Position numbers and translations under genes: made by a program
Origin: Laetmonice hystrix
Lineage: Eukaryota
Reading direction: 5' to 3'
Assembly: GCA_965235115.1 (NCBI GenBank)
Contig: OZ249437.1
Span: forward strand, 7,626,001 to 7,690,000
DNA length: 64,000 nt
Notes under the pieces: generated by a model
Told to the model about the DNA's origin: nothing
The model's input: the letters and a program-made list of their open reading frames with translations, nothing else
The model's database searches: none
Part shown: positions 50,001-61,995 of the stretch, piece after piece
Numbering within the stretch: position 1 is the stretch's first letter
Layout of the letters: every line of letters starts with the position of its first letter

Positions 50001-53000
50001 TCGCCTCGGTCGACCGGTCGACTCCAAATGCCACCCCTGCAAGGCCTTATACAACACTAACCAGGTCAGTGATAACCAACGTCAAGGCCTTATACAACAC
50101 TAACCAGGTCAGTGATAACCAACGTCAAGGCCTTATACAACACTAACCAGGTTGGTGATAACCAACGTCAAGGCCTTATACAACACTAACCAGGTCGGTG
50201 ATAACCAATGTCAAGGCCTTATACAACACTAACCAGGTCGGTGATAACCAACGTCAAGGCCTTATACAACACTAACCAGGTCGGTGATAACCAACGTCAA
50301 GGCCTTATACAACACTAACCAGGTCAGTGATAACCAACGTCAAGGCCTTATACAACACTAACCAGGTCAGTGACAACGTCAAGGCCTTATACAACACTAA
50401 CCAGGTCGGTGATAACCAACGTCAAGGCCTTATACAACACTAACCAGGTCGGTGATAACCAACGTCAAGGCCTTATACAACACTAACCAGGTCAGTGATA
50501 ACCAACGTCAAGGCCTTATACAACACTAACCAGGTCAGTGATAACCAATGTCAAGGCCTTATACAACACTAACCAGGTCGGTGATAACCAACGTCAAGGC
50601 CTTATACAACACTAACCAGGTCGGTGATAACCAACGTCAAGGCCTTATATGTACAACACTAACCAGGTCGGTGATAACCAAAGTCAAGGCCTTATACAAC
50701 ACTAACCAGGTCGGTGATAACCAACGTCAAGCCACTAACCAGGTCGGTGATAACCAACGTCAAGCCACTAACCAGGTCGGTGATAACCAACGTCAAGGCC
50801 TTATACAACACTAACCAGGTCGGTGATAACCAACGTCAAGGCCTTATACAACACTAACCAGGTCAGTGATAACCAAAGTCAAGGCCTTATACAACACTAA
50901 CCAGGTCAGTGATAACCAACGTCAAGACCTTATACAACACTAACCAGGTCAGTGATAACCAACGTCAAGGCCTTATACAACACTAACCAGGTCAGTGATA
51001 ACCAACGTCAAGGCCTTATACAACACTAACCAGGTCAGTGATAACCAACGTAAAGGCCTTATACAACACTAACCAGGTCGGTGATAACCAATGTCAAGGC
51101 CTTATACAACACTAACCAGGCCGGTGATAACCAACGTCAAGGCCTTATACAACACTAACCAGGTCGGTGATAACCAACGTCAAGGCCTTATACAACACCA
51201 ACCAGGTTGGTGATAACCAACGTCAAGGCCTTATACAACACTAACCAGGTCAGTGATAACCAACGTCAAGGCCTTATACAACACTAACCAGGTCAGTGAT
51301 AACCAACGTCAAGGCCTTATACAACACTAACCAGGTTGGTGATAACCAACGTCAAGGCCTTATACAACACTAACCAGGTCGGTGATAACCAATGTCAAGG
51401 CCTTATACAACACTAACCAGGTCGGTGATAACCAACGTCAAGGCCTTATACAACACTAACCAGGTCAGTGATAACCAACGTCAAGGCCTTATACAACACT
51501 AACCAGGTCGGTGATAACCAACGTCAAGGCCTTATACAACACTAACCAGGTCAGTGACAACGTCAAGGCCTTATACAACACTAACCAGGTCGGTGATAAC
51601 CAACGTCAAGACCTTATACAACACTAACCAGGTCGGTGATAACCAATGTCAAGGCCTTATACAACACTAACCAGGTCAGTGATAACCAACGTCAAGGCCT
51701 TATACAACACTAACCAGGTCAGTGATAACCAACGTCAAGGCCTTATACAACACTAACCAGGTCGGTGATAACCAACGTCAAGGCCTTATACAACACTAAC
51801 CAGGTCAGTGATAACCAACGTCAAGGCCTTATACAACACTAACCAGGTCGGTGATAACCAACGTCAAGGCCTTATACAACACTAACCAGGTTGGTGATAA
51901 CCAACGTCAAGGCCTTATACAACACTAACCAGGTCGGTGATAACCAATGTCAAGGCCTTATACAACACTAACCAGGTCGGTGATAACCAACGTCAAGGCC
52001 TTATACAACACTAACCAGGTCAGTGATAACCAACGTCAAGGCCTTATACAACACTAACCAGGTCGGTGATAACCAACGTCAAGGCCTTATACAACACTAA
52101 CCAGGTCAGTGACAACGTCAAGGCCTTATACAACACTAACCAGGTCGGTGATAACCAACGTCAAGACCTTATACAACACTAACCAGGTCGGTGATAACCA
52201 ATGTCAAGGCCTTATACAACACTAACCAGGTCAGTGATAACCAACGTCAAGGCCTTATACAACACTAACCAGGTCAGTGATAACCAACGTCAAGGCCTTA
52301 TACAACACTAACCAGGTCGGTGATAACCAACGTCAAGGCCTTATACAACACTAACCAGGTCGGTGATAACCAACGTCAAGGCCTTATACAACACTAACCA
52401 GGTCGGTGATAACCAATGTCAAGGCCTTATACAACACTAACCAGGTCAGTGATAACCAACGTCAAGGCCTTATACAACACTAACCAGGTCGGTGATAACC
52501 AATGTCAAGGCCTTATACAACACTAACCAGGTCGGTGATAACCAACGTCAAGGCCTTATACAAAGTGACAACCGACTGGAAATTTTCTAAAAGGTACATT
52601 AGTCCTGTGTAGTATTTACCCGACCAGTAATACTTGACTTATTTAATATTTTATTGAAGTAAAAATTTATATTTAACAACAAATCCGAGATTATTTAAGT
52701 CGAGTCTCTTGCAATCTAAGTGAGTACTAGAACTTGTTCTGTTTGTGTCACTGTCGGTGATATCACAGTTCATGTTGTCGCTAATATATTTGTCTGAAGG
52801 TCTTTGTATTTTGGTGCTTACACTGGTAACACAATAACTCTATGTCCACTCTTTACATTTTTCGTACAACAAAAACAGAGATGGCATACAGGTCTATGAA
52901 AGCAGCTGCACACAAAATGGTGCAAAGGCGGAACACTGATCTGAAACTTGTTCTGATCTTCAGATCACTGAATATTCTGATCTTCAGATCACTGAATGCC

Positions 53001-56000
53001 AATGTCCCGGTGGATTACTGATTAACTTCCATCATAAATCTTAGCAGAATCGTTCCATGAATTAACTCTATGAACACACTTGGGTTAGCAGGAAATGTTA
53101 AAAATGTTAATAAAATACAGCGATATTCTTACATTTGTTAACAGATCGACCTGATCTTAGGGACGTCTGAGATCCCATTCTGCTACCGCTCTCCACTATA
53201 AAAAAAACAACAGGGCACAGGTTTTCAAAACTTAAAGCTCCTGATTGGCTGGTCTATGCTCAGTAGTGTTAAGTTTACTGGTAAGCTTAAAGCTCCTGAT
53301 TGGCTGGTCTATGCTCAGTAGTGTTAAGTTTACTGGTAAGCTTAAAGCTCCTGATTGGCTGGTCTATGCTCAGTAGTGTTAAGTTTACTGGTAAGCTTAA
53401 AGCTCCTGATTGGCTGGTCTATGCTCAGTAGTGTTAAGTTTACTGGTAAGCTTAAAGCTCCTGATTGGCTGGTCTATGCTCAGTAGTGTTAAGTTTACTG
53501 GTAAGCTTAAAGCTCCTGATTGGCTGGTCCATGCTCAGTAGTGTTAAGTTTACTGGTAAGCTTAAAGCTCCTGATTGGCTGGTCCATGCTCAGTAGTGTT
53601 AAGTTTACTGGTAAGCTTAAAGCTCCTGATTGGCTAGTCCATGCTCAGTATAGTGTTAAGTTTACTGGTAAGCTTAAAGTTCCTGATTGGCTAGTCCATG
53701 CTCAGTATAGTGTTAAGTTTACTGGTAAGCTTAAGCAAGAACTGAAAATCTGACAAACCGGGCTGAGGTAACACAAGAAGCCAATCGAGCACAAGCTTCC
53801 AATTAGTAAAGAAAAATTCTAGATAATCATAAATTCTGAGTACAGCTATAATTAGAATTTATGTAGTTTAGTCAAACAAGGTACATGTACTTTTACTGAT
53901 CAGTGCTATAATAAAGATTCCCCCTTTCTCCAGAAGAATCGCAGGGATATAATTAATTTCCAAATGTTGATTCAAACAGCAAAAAGAACCAACTGAGCCG
54001 AGTTTAATCATAATTAATTTGCTAAAATCTGATGCATTTTTCAGTAAAAATACAAATGTGAGCAAAAGCATCACTCTACAAGCACCAAAACTCATTGACA
54101 CAGGACCCAGTAATGCAAGCACATGCTAAAATGTCATTACATGTACATGTATTTCCATTACAATATTTTTTCTCCCTAATATTACAATGGAGTCCAGATA
54201 TTCCGTTTGTGAAACTAGGTTTTATACACCCTGAGAAGTGTGCCCCACATAACAAAAGTGTGATACAAAGTGGTTGAATGAAGCGGTGAGATCGGCAAAC
54301 AGAAAATACATCCTCATCACCTGGTAATAAAGGTTTTGAGCCAATACGAAGCATACCATTCAAATTATCAAAAACTGGATTTGCCCACCACACTACATTA
54401 ATAATCTTCATTACAAAACATTAGTGCATTATAAAATAATTGCAAACCAGTAATATCCCCATCATGTTAGTTCCTGGACTTCTGCAAATATCAACTTTTC
54501 TTTCTCTTTTTCCATAGATATCACAATTATGAGAGAAAAGTCTTGATTAGTTCAGCAACTATTAATGAGACGATGAGGTAAAACACGTTGTAAACTACAA
54601 TAATCACTACTCTGATCTATAAAGCCTTGACCACAGTCTACCGTCCAACCGTGACGGCGGAACTACGGGGAATGCGCAATGATGGGGGCAGTCATCCACG
54701 TTATAAAAATCTCATGACAAGACTGAAACCAACTCTCAACAAACAAAAACATTCCAAAACGGGACATAACCAAAATACACGTGTCTTACAAAACATACAG
54801 ACCAGTGAGTGTGCTCATCAGAATGTTATAAAGTGAGTAATTTTGTTTGGGACCACTTTATACAGGTTAACGGTGGATTGGAGGCCCTATCACCACTACA
54901 TTACAGAAACCTTGAACAATCTTACCCTTTTTGGGTGAGGGGCGAGGCGTGCGCAAAGAAACCTGCGACCCTACAACTATATCGTCGTCGTCATCAGAGC
55001 CTGGGACACCTGTCAGGCCAGGAAGGATCGGTTAAAATGTTGTTAGAACCTCGTACTGGATGGTTCTGTCGTGTGAGGGTGGGGGTTGGGGGCACAGGGT
55101 GAGGCGATTTACCCCGACCAGGGTGAATGGGTAAAAGAACATTAGATGACAGTTCTAGATAATCCAAGCTACACCTACAAACAAGGTAGAATTCATGTAT
55201 GTACTTATAATTATATACTCTTCTGTTTGGTATGGATGTTGCTTTCAAAACTAATATCTAGAATACACCCTAAACGAAGGAAAGTTGCCTTTAAACCAAG
55301 TTCCAAAAGGATATTTAGCGTGAAAGATCTTTTTAAACAAAAAACTTTAACCAAATAAATAAAGCCATATGGGATTGAAAAAAACGCTACCTCAGTCAAG
55401 GAGACTGATTGGAAGAGTTGGACACTTACAGCATGGATGTAGTTCCTAACCGACCTTTAGTTTAAGCCACCATAACACAACAATCCCTAAACCTTATAAA
55501 CTGAATTCCTGTGCTGGTACACATACCTTAAAAAAAAAACACCAAAAAAACATCATGATGGCTTACTTTTTTTGTCAGAACTTGGGGCCTCTGAGGGCTT
55601 CATCTCCAATTCACCTGAAACAGGAGCAGACGGTGTACACGACCGGAACGCTGAGACGACCATGCACTTGATGACCCCGACCATGCACTTGATGACCCAA
55701 CCATGAATTTGATGACCCCAACCTTGAACTTGATTTGATGATACGGCCTCACACAGAGGCAAAATTACCCGGTACTTATTTTATTACGAAAATAATATAG
55801 ACGACTAAAACAATGGGTTTATTACCTCTCGTCTGCCATACTTGTTTCAGATCTACATTTAGAGTACCCAGAGAAACCAATGTGAGAAAAGGGCAAGTAC
55901 CAGCAGGCAAAATAACACAGTGAGCAATGTGCTGTCACACTGGATGCTCCACTCCAATTCCAAACAAATTGTGTCAGTGCATTTCAATAAGTAAAATTTT

Positions 56001-59000
56001 GTGAAAAAGACAAAGTTAATTTATTCAGGCTAGTTCATTTGTATGTAATTGTAAAAAGGTTGAACATGTTTGATAAGTTAATGTTGATACTACTTAACCA
56101 CAATTCATGTATTCATCATGTACCCCGGTAATCTACACATTACATGTCGGAGTAACTCATTGCCATCAGTCTGATCTTGGAGAGATCTTGACCCAGTTCT
56201 TAAAAACTTAAGAACTTAAATTTTAAGCATTATTTTTTTCTATACTTGAAATTTAATAAAAGATTACTTGAGACGCCACTACATTTTTTATATTATATTT
56301 CTCTGCCGAAAGAAATCCTCAAGGAGGTCAATTTACCCTTACTCCCCAAGAGATGACCTTTGTTTTCCTCTGACTCTTTCTCCTTTGCCTTTTGTTCACG
56401 GCTGTCCATTTTCTTGCCTTCCGGTCTTGACTTTTCGTTGAACTTTGATTCTGTTCGCCTTATGTCAGGACCGTCTGACACTGACAGCCTACCGGTACTT
56501 TCTACAGGCTTCAACGAATCTTTCAATACCTCACACTTAGCCTCACCTGGAAAAGTACAATTCCTACCGATTGAATTCACCATAAAACAAGTTTTTCTTT
56601 CGTGCCTTGTGATGTGTTCCAGCTGATGAATTTCTTCTATGAACTGCAAAAGGTTTTTTAAGCAGATCTACAGGGCCGTACCTAGCGGGGGGGGGGGGGC
56701 AGCTGCCCTCCCCCAGTAATCATGGCGAAAAGTGCCCTTTTTTACAAGCAGGTGCCCTTTTTAAGGGTGTGAATTCATCCTTGTACCCATGGTGCCCTTC
56801 TGATCCTAGGTCTGTCCCCCCAGCTATTCTAGGCTGTGTACGGCCCTGATCTACCTACGATCTATGAAGGCATTCTGCTGATGTATTTTAGACTTGAGCA
56901 ATCAAGCATATACTGCAAGCTGGTTTGTAATAGTAGTCGTTTTAGCGACCCGAATAAGCGTGATATGGACACTGCTGCCGTCACAATCTCACAAGCAGGC
57001 CATTTCTGCAATTGACATGCACTAAACTATACACTACTGTACTGATATTACCAGGTACCCTCCAAGTTTGGTACCTCATCAGTAGTCTATGACTGCTCTC
57101 TTAGCAATGAGGAATAAATAGCTCCGCTAATAATTGGCGTGCGATAATGTTTTAATGTGCTCTAAATCACCTTACGATGAAAACTGTGTAAAGGGATACT
57201 CTCATCTGGCTCGGGTTGAGTCAATGAATCTGTATTAGGGATCAGCCTCAGTCGGAGATCACATTCATGTCAAAAAGATTGAGTATCGGTACGTGTAAAG
57301 AGATACTCTCATCTGGCTCGGGTTGAGTCAATGAATCTGTATTAGGGATCAGCCTCAGTCGGAGATCACATTCATGTCAAATGAGTATCGGTACGTGTAA
57401 AGAGATACTCTCATCTGGCTCGGGTTGAGTCAATGAATCTGTATTAGGGATCAGCCTCAGTCGGAGATCACATTCATGTCAAATGAGTATCGGTACGTGT
57501 AAAGAGATACTCTCATCTGGCTCGGGTTGAGTCAATGAATCTGTATTAGGGATCAGCCTCAGTCGGAGATCACATTCATGTCAAAAGATTGAGTATCGGT
57601 ACGTGTAAAGGGATACTCTCATCTGGCTCGGGTTGAGTCAATGAATCTGTATTAGGGATCAGCCTCAGTCGGAGATCACATTCATGTCAAAAGATTGAGT
57701 ATCGGTACGTGTAAAGGGATACTCTCATCTGGCTCGGGTTGAGTCAATGAATCTGTATTAGGGATCAGCCTCAGTCGGAGATCACATTCATGTCAGATTG
57801 AGTACCGGTACGTGTATTCTCAACAACAAAGGTCCTGCAAAAAATCTCAATTGTATCCCTTTGTGCCATAATTCTTTTTAAGTCGCTCTCAACATGTCCT
57901 TTATTCCCAAAATGTAGAATGTGATCTTCCCAATCATACTTTGCACACTCTAAAATTGGGAACACTAGGCCAACACTAGGCTAATCAAGATATCCCTATG
58001 CTATGCCACATCATGCCATATGTACACCATACAGTCATTATAAAATCATATTTCAGATCCAGTACCTGTATAAAACCTACTATATGCAAATCTTCTGCAA
58101 ATTCCTCATCTATAAATAAAGAGTAGTTTGTATTCACTGATAACAGTACCACATTCCTGGCAGAAAGAGCATGTGACCTTGATTCACACAGCAAACTCTG
58201 TGCCATCAACTGCCAGCAATTCTTGATTTAAATAAAACTTACTTTGGGTGTCACCTACAGATTTCTTTGTTATAAGAGAAATTTGAGAACCCATCTTCAC
58301 TGGTGTTTCTGCAAGGAATAAATGAAGAATTAACCCAGAAAGTGCTACGTCCCAAATATTTCCTTAAATCTTTGAATGCAGTCTGGTAATACTGGTTGCA
58401 GAAAGAAACCAGATAATGAAGCTTACTGTCCTTATCCATCTTCCTCTTACTGTCTTAATCCATCTTCCTCAATCGAGGCAGAATCTTTAGTTTCTTTTAC
58501 CGATCTTAAGATGGAGACTTGCTGCACGGGGACTCCCTCCCCCTTGATACTTTGATTAAGACACTGACAAATATATTGAAATGCGAAATAAAAAAGCTCT
58601 TTGGTTCCATGCTCAAAATAAAAGGCAAATATTTATATTAATACGTGTTAGTACAACGAACTACGGTTCATGTAATGCCATGCTAAACCATAGCAACTTC
58701 TAAATCCCCCGGATTTCTTGAAACCGTAACAAAGCCTTGTACAGCTAAAAAAAAAAGTGCATTTCGGTCAACAGTGAACGCGTTGCCAAAGCTTTGTTAT
58801 TCAGAAAGCTTGAAGCTTTAGTACACTTTGTGAAAAATATATGCCACAAAAAAATAAAGAAAATGAAAAAAATAACCAACCCCAAAAACAGTCGAACCGC
58901 GAGGATATATTAAACTTACTCGTTTTCTCAGACACTACAGACCTCAGTGAGGCTTGCGATCCCATTTTATTCAGTTCTGACTTTCCTGAAAAAAGGACCA

Positions 59001-59436
59001 CACGGACAGTTTTTCTGGTGTAATATCACTGACTTGTTGAGTCATGACCAGAGCACCCATCATTATGACCTGATAACGGATAACCTGTGTCTGCAGCTAA
59101 AACTAAGTCATGCAAATAAAGCGTGTAAGTTACGCGTTGAACAAACAACTGACATTCCTGTACTTTCGGGACTTTGAACGATACACTATTCAGAAGATCA
59201 ATAATTTCCCCTCAGCTGGAAGCCATGAATGATGCTGCCCCCTCATTCTCCAAACATGCAAGCACATCTCTTCCCTGCCTATATGGTAATACTAGGTACT
59301 TTAAAAAATAACAACAGGCTCCAAGCATTCCTAAAAAACGACATTCCAGAAAGGAACCTGATGAGATCAGAGTTAGACTTACTGACGGAACTGGTAGATT
59401 TCACTGATATCTGAGAACCCATCTCAGCATCCTCCT
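47082..59436 (-). CDS. EFCAB7: EFCAB7 low-complexity linker exons (candidate set)
   Basis: Candidate GT-AG exons 59436-59383 (EDAEMGSQISVKSTSSV), 57229-57176 (SLTQPEPDESIPLHSFH), 56546-56337 (EAKCEVLKDSLKPVES...GHLLGSK), 55614-55567 (GELEMKPSEAPSSDKK) and 54970-54926 (SQVSLRTPRPSPKK) are all phase 1-1. 47194-47082 is phase 2-1 and needs an unidentified phase 1-2 partner. Support is splice signals and open frames, not homology. Confidence 0.55.
48892..52562. repeat. 43-bp satellite, ~80 units, intronic in EFCAB7
   Basis: ACAACACTAACCAGGTC(A/G)GTGATAACCAACGTCAAGGCCTTAT, with shorter deletion variants (e.g. 39 bp) and one MITE insertion. Confidence 0.98.
49780..50039. mobile_element. CAGGGG-ended MITE with 5-bp TSD inserted in the satellite
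   Basis: CAAGG|CAGGGGTGG...CCACCCCTG|CAAGG. The empty site is known from neighbouring satellite units. Confidence 0.9.
53213..53763. mobile_element. Harbinger-like MITE containing a 55-bp tandem array (~9 units)
   Basis: Array AAGCTTAAAGCTCCTGATTGGCTGGTCTATGCTCAGTAGTGTTAAGTTTACTGGT (53231-53735), bounded by GGGCACAGGTTTTCAAAA and TGACAAACCGGGC. Confidence 0.65.
56671..56848. mobile_element. CAGGG-ended MITE with 5-bp TSD
   Basis: ATCTA|CAGGGCCGTAC...GTACGGCCCTG|ATCTA. Confidence 0.85.
57186..57812. repeat. 102-107-bp minisatellite, 6 units
   Basis: Periods 107, 102, 102, 106, 106. The minus-strand unit contains GGCTGATCCCTAATACAG|ATTCATTGACTCAACCCGAG. Confidence 0.95.
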
Positions 59437-61995
59437 CTGTAAGCACGAAACCAGCATTTTTATATTTTATAATCTCATAACTTCGGTCTAACGTGACCTT
59501 GAAAGAAATTGTGCTCGTACAATAGGTGTTCCATGCAGTCTAAATCAAATATATTAAGATATTCTTAATCTAATTGTGATCATTACAATGGGAGGGACAA
59601 AAAAAGTAAAGTCATGATTTACAGAATTTTCACTCTTGAGAAGATGGAAGCCCCTTAAAGCACAGAAAAGGAGCTTTCTTTACTGCGAATTTCAAGTAGT
59701 CGCCTGAAGGTATTAATAAGGCTAGAAACAACCTAGACTAGTGACTGAAAAATTTAATGTGGACAGGAAATCGCTGGAATAACTGACAGATTGGCCATCT
59801 GTCACTGAGACTTTACTGATGTCCCAAACGGGAGAACCAACCGTGATCGAGGCCAATATTCCTAAAGAAGGTAACTAGCCTTAACTACCGCTAACTAACA
59901 CTGGTCTAATGCTTGACACCTATCTAGCGGTCATCATAGCGTGAGAACTCAGTAAAACATGTCCTTTCTTAAACATTGAACTTCCGGCAGCATAGCACAT
60001 TTAATGATTGAAAGCAAAAGTGTGCAAGTCCTCTAAGCCGAGGCTCTGGCAATCCAATAAATCTGAAGATTAATTTTTGCAGCACATTTTAAAGCTTCAC
60101 CACAATCAAAAATACCCTTAAATTTGCAATGACTTATCTTAGAATTATCCTCCCAATTATATTCTTTCATGACAGTAGGGGTATATTTCACTGATCGAGC
60201 GATGTATGTGACATACTGATATTTCTATGAAATGGACATCCGTTATACATGGGGGAAGGCATTAGGGACGTTCACTGCAGCACATATATGTTATGCAGTA
60301 AAAGCAAACAACTCACTAGTGGTGGACTTCAAGGAAGCCTGAGAACCCATTTTGTCTTTCTCAGGGTCGGCTCTTGCTGAAAGATTGATCAAATTTTAAT
60401 CAATAACACTTTCTAGGCAAATTGCTTATTTGTGATACGGTATTCTTTTACTGTTAAGTCTGGCTCTCTCCCTAATTTTATGCAAGATTAGATCCAGCAC
60501 TAAGAAAAATACACGAACAGGGAAACAGCTACAGTAATGAGAAACTACAAGTTTTTAACGTTCCTACTCAAACTACAGTAGTGAACTTATGATTAAAAAT
60601 AAAAATGAAAGTATTACTTTGACCCTCCCTGATGCTGCATTTATGACAGAGTATTTCTTATATTTTGTGGACAATCATACGCTCAGTAATCTGATATTAA
60701 ATCCTAACCCTGTAATTATTACCAAGTTCCCCGTTCTCTGGGCGCAAGGATTTATTGGCAATAATTGCAGATACTGTACGTTACTAATAGCAAACTATGC
60801 CCCTCAGCAATAAACTATGCCATAAGGATGTATGATAAATCTGGTATTACTGCATTTAATCTTTTATAATAAACTCTACCACGTATTATACCAGAACACA
60901 CTCTGCCCTGAAACTCTCTGTTCTGATCTGTTTTTTGTATAATGGGAATCATTCCTACCCATAGGTAACATGTACCTGGCATACAAAATGTGCACGGTAT
61001 TTGTACATCATTTGTACAACTGGGATTCTAGTGTTCAATGTGTTGAACACCGCAAGTAAATATAGATACATGTACTCCACTATCAGATGCTGGGTGATAC
61101 TATGGACTGTTTCACTAACAGAGACTGATAGTGCAACCAGCAATGGACCAAACATAACGGGCCTAATACGAATTATTTTGCCAGTTTAGTCAATTAGAAC
61201 CATGACAAGATGAACCCTTTGAGTTCAGTTAAACTTTTGGTTGCTTTTAATCTCGTATTATCAAACTACACTTATACTTATTTGACTCATGATGACCTCT
61301 CATATAATTTATCGCTCTCCAATAATTACGATGAACTTGTCTAACGTCATGATTTTTCCCATTATTCTTGCGTCTCTGTAGAATATGGCATCTCTGAAGA
61401 TGATGTTATTTAAACGAAATGACACACCATCCTGAGTCAACAATTCTTACTCAAAGTGTACGTCTGGTTGTAACAAACTCCGTGTACTATGTTTATAGAC
61501 TCTATGAATGGGGGCCAAACAACACGCACCTTAACTATGGGAAGTGAAGTAGGTTGTTAGGGGGTTCAGATTAGAACATCAGGTTAAAAGATGGCGTTAT
61601 TTGATCGGTGGTTGACAATGATTATATCAGGATAAATCTTACTCTTGTCTTCACTGAGAGAAGTTTGAGATCCAAACTGGTCCTTGGTTTCTGAAATAGA
61701 TGCATCAACCTCAGCTTATAAAAGTGGATACGGACCACATTTGAGTGACCGTCGATATATTTCATTTCACAAACACTCCAACCCACTGTTATATCACTAT
61801 TCGGGATTTCGAAATTAATCAATATTGGATGCTTTCATCTTCCTAACACTGAACTTTGTGCTTGAACCTGCAAATAAAGAAATCTTCACCAGGAGTCACA
61901 TAACCCTATTAATGACCGTAGTTATCGTGAGTACAAAACGTTCCACAATACCCACATCACAATATTACAGAAACCTGGTAGAAGAAGGAACTCAC

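Noticed and set aside
48892-52562. CRISPR array
   Set aside because: Head-to-tail units with no unique spacers, no cas genes, and a eukaryotic intron context.
57771-58540. Additional EFCAB7 exons from ORFs at 57.8-58.5 kb
   Set aside because: No acceptor/donor pair I found fits the phase 1-1 neighbours without a stop; left uncalled.
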